From Ministeria vibrans ATCC 50519 (lineage: Eukaryota; Protista; Filasterea), in assembly GCA_943704425.1 (NCBI GenBank), contig CALSCP010001890.1, forward strand, positions 20,656-84,655: 64,000 nucleotides of DNA. The letters are read 5' to 3'. Positions 30,301 to 41,200 of the stretch are shown here, piece by piece. The notes under the pieces were generated by a model, which saw nothing but the letters and a program-made list of their open reading frames with translations, did not search any database and had not been told where the DNA came from. The translations under genes were made by a program, and so were the position numbers. The number at the start of each line of letters is the position of its first letter. Position 1 is the first letter of the stretch.

Positions 30301-30460
30301 CCTTGCCTCACCGCGTGGTGTCCATGACGAGTCGGGGCTTGTGCTGTTGCGCCTCGCACGCGATCACACGGGCGAGTGGCTCATGACGGCCATTGGCGTC
30401 GCCATGGTCGGCTTGACCGTGCACCAGTCTCTTCAGATCATCAAGAAGTATAAACAGTAA
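27371..30460 (+). CDS. DPY-30/DYDC dimerisation-motif protein with dynein-stalk/MTBD-like segment, coiled coil and two TerD-like domains; probably ciliary (exons 27371-27452, 27534-30460)
   Basis: Spliced N-terminus MDAEYLKRKVGDALARAIAEINLVHPADPVEYLSQWLY (DPY-30 motif); LDKETLAELK...VRGVLYVLG...EWEDCQRVV...FIQTLTRCD; TerD-like VDMHLSRVPPSVRALLF, EFVTIDTEALADDVVSLVVAV, LLRLARDHTGEWLMTAIG. Confidence 0.75.
27494..27507. promoter_or_regulatory. Candidate RFX X-box in intron 1 of the DPY-30 gene
   Basis: ATTGCCATGACAAC (reverse strand GTTGTCATGGCAAT) matches the palindromic X-box GTTGCCATGGCAAC at 12 of 14 positions. Confidence 0.5.
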
Positions 30461-30686
30461 AGATCAACAGAAACACCCCACTTCTTGTTGCAGAACAATC
30501 ACGACATCATGAGGGTTGCGTGGATCCTGCAACGCGCTTCTGTTCCTCCGCAGGGCGAGCAGCACGAGCGTTGCGACACAGTTGCGACAAATTATGACAA
30601 TAATCATCTTTGAAAATAATAATCACTTCAAAGCAGTCCAACTTGACCCCTGTTTCAAGACACAAAATTTATCCACGACAAAAACC

Positions 30687-31240
30687 ATGGGTCAAGAAAT
30701 GGAAATGACGCCTGTTGCCGGGTCGGGGGCGGGTCCGGCGGGGTCTCAGCAGCGCACGCCAATGCGCCAGCCCAAGCTGACGCGCTGGCAGGCCTTCAAG
30801 CGCTACCTCCACAACACCGAGGCCGGCACCTACATGGGCCGCACTTCTGAGAGCTGGCGTACGTCTCCCTCTTCCCTTCCCTCTCTCCAAATCATTGGAA
30901 GTTTTTTTTTAAAAAAAAAAAAAAAATTCGTTTTGCTCTTTTTTGTGCCTCTCTCAAATCTGTCTCTTCTCAATGCTCCTCTGACGCGATGACCGTGTCA
31001 TTACGCGACCCATCTGCCGTGTGCCGCCCCTCCACCGACGCGTCCCACCCTCTCTCTATATTCTCTCCACAACGAGTGGTTTTTTTTTTCTCTTCGTTCA
31101 CGCCACCCCATCGAATCCCTGATTGCTGCCCTCCACACACGCACCCAGTGTTCGAAGTTTACGGGAGCACGCCTCCCCCTCCTCTCGCTGCCCCACGATG
31201 GGCGCTCACTCTGGGATGTGTTTTGGATGTCATGATGCCC

Positions 31241-31272
<32 letters not shown>

Positions 31273-32499
31273 CCTCGCCCTGTCCCGCGTCCAACGCTAT
31301 AGGCAAGATTCTTGGCGCGTACCTCATCTTCTACGCTCTCATTGTAAGGACACGGTTCCCTTTGAAGTGGTTTCCCCTGATTGTCGCTCTTGTCCTTTAG
31401 GTTGCCTTCTTTGCGCTGTGCATGGGCGTCTTTGTCACGACGCTGCCTCCTTTCGAGCAAGGCCCCCGACGTACACTCGCCAACAACGCACACGCCGTTT
31501 TCTCAAGCCCTGTTTCTCTGTAGACCACAATGTGATCAAGCAAACCTTCGCCCTCTACCCCGCAACCGTCGACCTCGTCCGAAGCGATTCTGGTACACCC
31601 TATTATATTTTGTTGTTACCCTTGTTGAAAAGGAAAAGGTTTCTGACCATTGCATTTGTGTACGTTTGCACAGCGTCGGTGAACAGTCTGATTGGCAAAT
31701 ACGTGACGTTTCCCGTCGGCGACAACTCGCGCTCCAACGGCTCTCCCTTCGCCACAACTGGCTATAGCCGCGTTGACGCCAACAACAACATTGTGGGCAC
31801 GTACACTCCCGGTGTCAACCTGGACCTGGGCCCATGCAACTCGACGGCGACGCAGACAGCGGCTGCCCAGGCGGGCGCCCCTTGTGTCTTCATGCAGTAC
31901 AACCGTGCCACATCCAAGACCCCGTCCAACAACGGAAACGGCATCTTCGCCTGCACGGTTATCGAAGGCGCAGCCGACTTTATCATGTACCCCGCCACTA
32001 CCCAGGTAGAGCCACACACAAAGAGGGAGAGAGAGAGGAGGAGGAGGAGGAAAGAAACAAAGACGTGATAGATAAGACGAAGAACTCATCACTGGACCCC
32101 TCTTGCAGAGCTGCTTCACCGGCCAGACGTGTGCTATTGCACATGCCGATGGCTTCCCTTTCTTCCAGCAGCAGGCCTACGTCGCCCCGTACGCCGCCCT
32201 CCAGGTCATGGCCCCCGCCGGCTCTGGCGCAACCGTAAGCATCCACACTACCATTTTCTCATTCCCTCATGCAATGCATTCCTCTCTCTCTCTATCACGT
32301 TGTTTCTCTCTCTCTCTATCACTTTGTTTCTTTCTCTCTCTCCCTCTATCACTTTGTTTCTTTCTCCCTCCTCTCTCTCTCTCTCTCTCTCTCTGCGTTT
32401 TAGGCTTTCTCAGCTGAGATTAGGTGCACGCTCAACAACGACAACGACAACAGCGACGGTAGCATCAAGCTGACCATTTCTGTCAATGTCAGAGACTGA
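30687..32499 (+). CDS. ATP1B: Na+/K+-ATPase beta subunit (type II membrane protein); 7 exons
   Basis: Spliced WQAFKRYLHNTEAGTYMGRTSESWRKILGAYLIFYALIVAFFALCMGVFVTTL; LGPC; PCVFMQYNR; GFPFFQQQAYVAPYAALQ; IRC; stop 32497-32499. Confidence 0.88.
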
Positions 32500-32619
32500 T
32501 CGAAACACACATACGCACACACACACACACATTCACTATTATAATGACAAAAAAAAATGTTATTTCGTTTTAAGATAAGTCAGACTCTCCTCTCTCTCTC
32601 TCTCTTTTTCTTTCTTATT

Positions 32620-33236
32620 TCATTTTGAATCGTCCAATCCAAAAGCAAACAAAGACCGGATCTCTGCGCGAGTGCGAGCAGTGCTCGTAATAGCAGCAAA
32701 CGACTCACGCATTCGCACCAGACTCCCGTGCACCTTACCCGTTTCATCTACAGGAGAGATAGTGAGACAATCTCTTTGGCTCTTTGTTTTGTACCGGTGA
32801 GAACTCGCTCCAGACATGTGTCTGAGGCGGCGCGCGTCGCTCCGGCATCGTGCACGTCGATAAGAGTTGCGGCTGCAAAGGTTGGCAGTGCGTCTGCACG
32901 AGCACTCGCCAGTTGCTCCACTGGCCATGAGTAGTACCTAAGCAGTGCAACACATACAATCCCATTGCATCAATCTCTCTCGCGCTCTCTCTCTCTCTCT
33001 TTTCCCTTTGTGAGCTTACACGCAAATCCATTCACACATGCGCTCCGCCACAACCCGCGCAAACACCCCCGCGCCACCCGAGAACATGGTGGCCTCGGCA
33101 CACATGGCCACCGCACAGCTCAGTGCCGTGCGCAGTGGGTTCGCTGTCTGCGTGTGTATCCACCATTCCTCTTCAAACTCCTCCTCCCCCTCCTCTTCTT
33201 GTTCCTCCTCCTCCTCCTCCTCCTCCTCCTCCTCCT

Positions 33237-33267
<31 letters not shown>

Positions 33268-36200
33268 TTCATCGCCTGCCTCGCCTTCCTTCACTCGCTT
33301 GCAGATCCGTCCACGCTTCGCTGGCTCGGGTAGTTTGGGCCGTGCGGTGTCCAAAGGCAAGGGTCTATCGCACGCAGTGTCCGGCCACCAGCCGGTGACA
33401 GCCGCTGAGAGTGATTGCACTACGGACGCGTGGAACGCGTGGCAATACTCTTGCGCCAGCATCTTGTCCATTGTCTTTTCACTCTTCGTATCAAAGGGCA
33501 CACCCCACTGTCGCAACTGCGTCACATGACTCGTCTTCCAGTTCACCAGACAACAAATCTCGGCCGTCGAAAAGCGCTTGTGCAGACGCCACACGAGTAC
33601 ACGCAACCGTTCAAAAAGTCGGTTGTGGATCACAAGCGCATACGGCTGCAACGTCGCCGGGTAGGGTGCCAGCGACGCATCGTCACCCACCATGCGCAGC
33701 AAGCGCGACGCCACCGTGACAAAGTCAGCAACCGACGAACCATCCCACTCGGCAAGCGCCAGTGCCACCGTCTCGCCCGCAGCCGCTCCCAAGCGTACCG
33801 TCATGTCGCGTAGGCTGCCTCGCGGACACGCGCATGCCTGCGCCATGCGACTTACCGTGCTCAGCACTGTCAGTGCGTCGCCTGCGTCCATCTCAACCAC
33901 CACACCATCCAAAGCACGCGCCCCACTCACTTCGGTTGAGCGCAACAAGTCCTGGCGCACCTCGTCTGTGCCACCCAGCGCCTGTGCCCACGTCAGCGGC
34001 ACAATGTGACTAGCGTTCTGCACGTAGCGTGGGTAAAACCCAATGCGCGGACAGCGACCGGGTAGGTAGCTGAAACGCAAAGCGGCTGCGTGAGCACTAA
34101 GCAGCAGGTTGCGCTGCCGATAAAAGCCCATCACACTGCGCACTTGCTCGCAGACAATATCCCCGCGCGCCGTAATGGTCACAAGACACTGAATGGCCTT
34201 GCCAGGCGGTCCGGGTTGGTCGCTAGTGAGCGATTCGCACAGACGCAGCGTGTATGACAAAACCACGGCGCCACGGTCGGCATCAAAGCCATGTTCCGAC
34301 GCCCCCACACCGCCGCCACCATCACCACCACTGCCAGAGTCCGACTGAAGCGCTGACATGGATCGTGGTCTTGCTTTTGACTTGGCGTGTGCCTCGCTCA
34401 CTCGCTGCTGCTCGCGCTGCGATAGACGCGCTGGTGCTTGTGGAGGAAAACTCTCCGGGGCATTCGACTGAGCTGGCGCGCGGAAAAGCTCGCCGCGAAA
34501 CTCGTTGACGGCCAGCGCAGCAAACCAGTCAAGTTGATACAGACGATTGCTGAGCCATAAGTCGTGTGTGTCGCGCAGGTGCGGTGGAAATGGATGGAGA
34601 TACCAGGGCGCCGTCGTGTTGAGCACTGCATCCATGAACGACGATCCAGTCGAAGCAACGGCCGCCGACGCAGATGCAGACGTCAATGATGGCGACGCTG
34701 TTGACTCGCGTCGAGACGTGCGCAGCTGGTGCAGAGTGTACTCGTCGCCAGCCCCCGTGCCAACAATGGAGTATGTGTCCGCATCAACCTCGTCGCCTTT
34801 CAACGTGTCGTGCTCATCATTGTTGTCGCCACTACTATGGCTGCCGCTGTCGCCCTTGGAACCATCCATAAAGGCATTTTCATCCAGTCCGAGCACCAAC
34901 GCAAGTCTCTTCTGCTCGGCGCGATCTTCCTCCTCGTCAATCTTTCGGTCCGCCTCCTCCTCCTCTTCGTCGTTTGCCAGCTGAATGTTGATGCGCTCGC
35001 GAAAGGCGTGACGTTCGAGGCGCTCGACAATCGAGAGGTCGCGTGCGGTGCTTGCAAGCGTCGACGTGTCGTGCTCACTGATGATTCCACGACGGTCCAT
35101 CTCGAGACGATTGCGATCGCAGAGCGCGTCAATGTTGTGCTGATCGACCCGCGCAATACCGTTGCCCGACGACACAATGGCAGTAAGCGAGCCGTTGAGA
35201 AGCATCGCGGCAGAAATGCGCGAGCCAGTCTCGCGCGTCATGTTACAGTCGGCAAGGTTGAGCAGACGCAGGCGGGGGCACTTGCCGCGCGTGAGCATTT
35301 CATACAAGCCACGCGCTGTGAGGACACCGCATTCGTTTCCGGAGATGTCGAGAGCGCGAATGCTGCTGCCATGGTCGCTCACCGAGTACTGCAGCGCCAC
35401 AAGCAGCGTCGTCAGACACATATCGCTAAGGCCGTTGCGCGCGAGCGACAGTGACTCAAGTGACTTGTGGCCGGCAACGCCCATGGCAAGCAAGCGGTCC
35501 ACTTCAAAATCGGCAAACGACAGGGAGCAGTCGGCAAGCGAAAGACTCTGTAGTGCCATGTTGGCACGTACATTAACCATGAACATGTTGAAAACGTGCG
35601 CATTGGGAAACTCACAGCCGGACACGTCAATGTGCGTGACAAAGGGCAGACAGAGCAGCGAACGAGTGAGGTGCAACACGTCGACACCTAGGGTGAGTCG
35701 ATGCAGAACTACACTGCGCTCCTTGGGATGTCGCACAAAGACAGCATTGGTGACCGCCGGAGATACTGTCATGTCAGCGGTGCGCGCGCAACACGACGCA
35801 AACATGTCCATAAACTGCCGCAAAGCAAGACGTTCGGTGGCTCGCGGAGACGAGGGTGCACGATAGCGCGACAAAGTGCTCGTCAACGACGAGTATGTCT
35901 TGCCCACCAGACACACACTGCTTGTGCCATCTACCATGATGAGTGTGCCCCCGCTGACGGCCCAGCGGAACAGCCGTGACTCGAGATGCATGCTCACCAA
36001 AAGATGTCCGCCCGCCTGACTGCTGCGAATCGCAATCACTTTGGTGCCTTGCGAAATGTCGTCGTCTACGTCCTCCTCCTCCTCCTCCTCTTCTTCTTCT
36101 TCTCGATCTTTTTCTTCGTCATGTCCATGGTCTTGTACCATTTCCTTTGCTTCCCCTTTTCCTTCGCTCTTCCGACTCGACTCACCACCCCCACCACCAC

Positions 36201-37316
36201 CACCACCCGAGATGGTCGATGCGTTGAGTGTCGCTGCAGCAATAATCTCTTCCTCGTCCTCCTCGTGCCAGACCACGTCGCGCAGCACCTGACCATGGTC
36301 GCACCAAATCATGTCAACGAGGGTTCCGTCAGCTCGGTCGGCACGGCGTCGTGACGAAGTGTACTCTGGCCTGGTTCCGTCAATGGCGTTGCTGTCGTTT
36401 ACCTTGCGGTCCTTGTCGCCGTCCGCGTGGCTCTCATGGTTGTTTTTAGTAGTGTTGTTGTTGTCGACGCCGTTGTCGTCGTCGTCATCGTCGTCATCCG
36501 TGTCAATGTGCCAGACGGCGCGTGGGAGCGCCTCGTCGAGCGCCACCTCTTGTGTGAGTGCCACCCACGATTTGAGAGGCAACAGTTCAAGTGCATTGAA
36601 GGGCTCCATCAGACCTGTGCCGTTGCGCGCCGAGCAAAGAAAGCGACCAGCATAGCCGTCAAATTCGCGCCGCTGCCACGTTTGGATTTCGGCGCTCGAG
36701 AGCAGGTCTATTTTTGAGAGAACCAAGTAGACGGGGAGTTCGTGTTCGCTGAGGAAATGGTCGCGCAGTGCATGCGCTGCCTTGAGTGTCCACGGCCGCG
36801 ACACGTCGCAGAAGACAAAGGCAGAGATGACGTCGCTGCCGGTCGCAACGCCGTCAAACGCCGTGAGATCATCGCTGCCGGCCATGTCCCAAACCTGAAG
36901 CAGAGGTGCACAAGAAAACGAATAAGTATCATAAAAAAAAAATTCATACTACATCGCCGACCGCTGAGAGACATGTAGAGCGGTTGGGCAACTCGCTCTT
37001 GCGGCTTGATCCCCAGGATTTTACCTGAGTAGCAATGACCGTCTTGTAGCGTACGGAAACGCGCGTTGACAAGCTCACGCCGACGGTTGGTTCATAGTCA
37101 GTCGCAAACTCCATTCCGCGCACCGCCACATTGGCAAACGAAGACTTGCCGGTGGCCCGACTGCCAATCAGTAGGACCTAGAGCGTAGGGCGGAGGGTGT
37201 GAGCAGGGAGGAGAGGAGGGAGGAGGGGCGGGGGAGCAGCGAGGACGGTGCTCCAAATGATGCGTTCGTGCCTTGCCCAAAAGGTCTGCTCCCGTCGCTC
37301 CTGCACGAGTGTGCAT
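32620..37316 (-). CDS. Multidomain protein: N-terminal Rab-like small GTPase, RNI-type LRRs, C-terminal helical region (possibly Sec6/EXOC3-like)
   Basis: DLLGK|VLLIGSRATGKSS (G1), DYEPTVG (G2), VWDMAGS (G3), SKID (G4), CSARNG (G5); LRRs LQSLSLADCSL, LESLSLARNGL, IRALDISGNEC, LRLLNLADCNM; frame-preserving 3' exons end at 32620. Confidence 0.75.
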
Positions 37317-38264
37317 CGAAAGAAAAGGAAGAGGGGAGAGATCCAGGGGTGTGGGATTAGAAAAGCTTTGAACTTTGGATATATTATTTGATTATTTCGT
37401 TCTTACTTGATTGCGTTCTGTTGACATCCAAACGAAATCAAACTACACATATCCATGACCCGTGTCACTTTTAGCCACTTGCTTGTTGTACAAACCCATT
37501 CCAATTCATTCCAAAATAACGTCACTATTGGGCTATTCGGCGGCATGCCAGAGCTCAAGGTTGTCTGTCTGAGGCTATCCTGGCCATGCTCTGGGATCAC
37601 ATTCGGATCACAGCCCAAGCGGTCTCTGCGAAGGTCTCGGGCAGCAAGCGTCTTCTCATTTCTCAACGCCCGGCAGCAGGTCAAAGACGAGGACGCGTCA
37701 CTCTCGTTGATAAAGAACATAAATAGAGAATCGAGAGCTGTTAGCTGTTTTCAATGCCAAAACAAGGCAATATACAAAACAAGGAGCAGTTAGAGCAGCA
37801 CAATACTATGCTATATGCAAACTTTTTTTTTTGCCAGCTGTAATGTAAACAAACAACCGAAGTATCAACCTTCAAAGGAATAAAGTTCGAATAAAGTGTG
37901 TGAACGTATTACAATAATACAATTTCACACACAATTTATATCGTTCTTTTCTACTTCTCGACAAGAACCCTTCACGTCTGATTTGCTTTGTTTTGCTGCC
38001 TTTTCAGGCGTGAGAAGAGGTACTATTTCCTTCTCTTTCCTCTTCTGTTTGGAGTGGGACGAAAGAAGGACGAAAGAAGGACGAAACCAAATCGGAACAA
38101 TTCGCCAAGACGCAAGAATAATTGATTCCTGGGAATTGTGGGTATCAGATGAGGCTGCCTCAGCGCTTGGATTTGCCGCGGAGGGCGTGTGTGGCGAGTA
38201 TTTTCAACTCTCGCTTGTTTTACTTTTTTTTTTTTCGCAAAGTAGAGATAAGAAAAACGGTTTA

Positions 38265-41200
38265 ATGCGCACCATGCAGCTCCTGCTTCAGCTCCTCATG
38301 CTCTTCTTTGTTTGGTTCGTGAAAGCCAACGACTCGTCGTGTTCGGGCGGACCCCCCGCCTGCGTTGTGTGTACCTGCACCGTCTCTTCAATCACCTGTC
38401 AGTTTCAGCTGTTGACTCAAATTCCGTCTGGCATCCCCAACACCGTCTCAACTATTGACTTATCTGGGAATATCATCGAAGTGATTCCTCCAAACTGCTT
38501 TATAGGTAAATACCCAGATTAATATGGCGCGTGGGGTATTTATAAAGATGAGTGTTGTTAGGGTACGAGCAAGTCACATACATCAACTTGAGCAACAACA
38601 AGATTCGCAACATCTCTGCCAATGCCTTCTCCGGCATGCCCAACCTTAAAAAAGCATTTCTTTCTTACAATGCTTTAACGGAACTTCCAGAGGATCTATT
38701 AAGCGTCACTACCTCTCTGACCGAGTTTGGCGCCGACACAAATGCTCTGACAAGCATTCCTACCAATCTTCTCTTGGCGCAAAGCAACCTGAAAATTCTC
38801 GAATTGAACAACAACCTTATCGAAGCGCTTCCCAATGGCTTCTTGAAACCATTTCCAAAGCTTGTCGATCTTAAACTTGACCACAACCGCCTTCGCGTGT
38901 TTCCAGATCTCTCATACCACGACTACTATCTTCTGTCCACATTTACCATTAACAACAACCGCATTCGATACATCGGGCCTCGTGATCTTGCTCATGTGCC
39001 AGTGTCATCCGAGGGGGTTGATCTCAGCTACAATCTCATTTCGAATATTTCCGCAGACGCATTTTATGGCACCTCAACCACAAATGCGATCACCGTGGAC
39101 TTGTCGCACAACCTGCTCTCGACACTCCCACCCCAATTATTCCAAGTCAGCGCGCTAAACCACCTTCCTATCTCAAGTTTGGATCTTTCCAACAACTTCA
39201 TTCGGGTGTTTAACTCCACGGAGAATGGCTTGGATGGCAGTTCGAAAACGCTAAAAACGATTAATCTGAGTAGTAATTGTCTCCGCACCATGAAATTTGG
39301 TCCACTTGCATTTTCACACCTGACAACGCTGTCGGCTTCTAACAACAACCTCACTAGCTTTGAAGTACCTACTGCCCCTCGCTTGGCAGTTGTCGATGCT
39401 AGCTACAACTTTTTATCGGTCGTCACAGCGAGTATGTTTCAGGGCGCCTCCAAAATTTCTGAAATTTCACTCTCTTTTTGCACTATTCATCAAATCCATC
39501 CGGACGCTTTTGTCACACTGAAGTCACTGAAAATTCTTCAGCTCTCGGGAAATCAGCGGCTGGAGGAGTCGCTCTCTGACAATTTGTTCAACGGCTTGTC
39601 TTTGACACTGTTGAATTTGACTGCGTGTGGTTTAACAACCATTCAAAATGGCACATTCAATGGTCTTTCTGCGTCCACCGTTGACCTGCAGCTCAATAAC
39701 TTTACGTCCTGGAATTGGTGCGCTCCGTTTTCTTTCCATGGACTCTCCTGTGATACGCTCTCCCTTTCAAAATGTGGAATGACATCTCTTTGCCCGTTCT
39801 TATTTGGTGGTGTGACCTGCAAATCCATTTCCCTCCGCAACAACCGCCTGTCCACGGTGGCAAGCAACACTTTTGCAGACAGCGCTGGAATTACCAACGT
39901 CAACCTAGACAGCAACGAGCTCACATCGCTGCAATCCAACGGATTTGCTGGTCTGCAACTCGTTCAGACCCTTGATATTCCCCTTGTGTCTTGCAATGCT
40001 CTTCCTCCAGCGGCGTTCAATGGGCTGGAGTCGTTGCAGACGCTTGACTTGAGTGACGTTGGACTAGCATACCTGGCATCGGGAGCGTTTTCTGGCCTTT
40101 TGTCTCTAACATCGCTAAACTTATCTCACAACCTACTCACGGTGCTTCCAAATGAAGCGTTTTACAATATGTCAGCATTGACAGAGTTGGATTTGAGCTC
40201 GAATATGTTCTCCGTCTTGGTCGGTTCATGGTTTTCTTTTGGCTCCACTTTGCCCATCCTTTCCTCGTTATTGTTGCACAACAACAATATCAACAACTTG
40301 TGGATGGTTGTGCAGGCCATTGCTCCCATTGCCCAGTCGCTCGAATTGCTAGATTTGTCATTTAACAGGCTCTCTGCGTCTCTGTTTAGCGTATTCAGTG
40401 GGAGCAGCTTGCCACACGTTGCAACTCTCAATATCAGCTTCAATTTGCTTGGTACTCTACCAAGCTCAAACTCCCTGAGTTCATATTTTCCCAGTCTTCA
40501 TACTCTCGACATGAGTAGCAGCAACCTGCTTGCCCTTGAGGCTAACTCGATGTCAGGCCTTACCCACCTTGAGACACTACTGCTCCAAAACAACTCCATT
40601 GGAGTTATAGACCCGTTTGCGTTTGCCGGTCTTTCTGCTGTGACGCAACTGAATTTACGTTTGGCCCTGAACATTAATATATTAAGCGCAAACATGTTTG
40701 CTGGACTGACAAAACTTCCGCTGCTTGACCTCAGTGCAAGTGGTATCATTTCAGCGGAAGATTATGCCTTTCAGGGTTTGGTATCTTTGACCACGCTCAA
40801 CTTACAGTCCAATCTTTTGGAGAGTCTGAACAGCTCACGCCTGTTTGCTGGGCTCGACGCATTGCAATCGCTTGATGTGTCCAACAATAACCTTGGTTTT
40901 ATTGCCTGCGATGTGTTTTTGCCAATGTCGAATACGGTGCAGTTCCTCAACATGAATAATAATCAAATCGACACTTGGAAACCTTGCGAGTCAGCAAACA
41001 CCTCCTCTCCAATGTTGTACAATTTAACAACGCTCGACCTGCGAAATAATTTGATTCCCTTTGTTAGCAAGTTCTCTACAGGGCCCCTGTACAATCTAAT
41101 GGCCCTGCTTTTGGACGCCAACCTGATTGCCGGAATTGAAGCCAATCTGTTCTGCGCAACTTCTCTGCCTTCGTTGCAAACGCTCTCAATGTCGAACAAC

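Noticed and set aside
32620-37316. Roco/LRRK call
   Set aside because: The GTPase precedes the LRRs and no COR or kinase domain is visible
37403-37793. Overlapping 105-aa and 112-aa ORFs
   Set aside because: No recognisable domain or consistent splice pattern; may be a decayed fragment but I cannot support that
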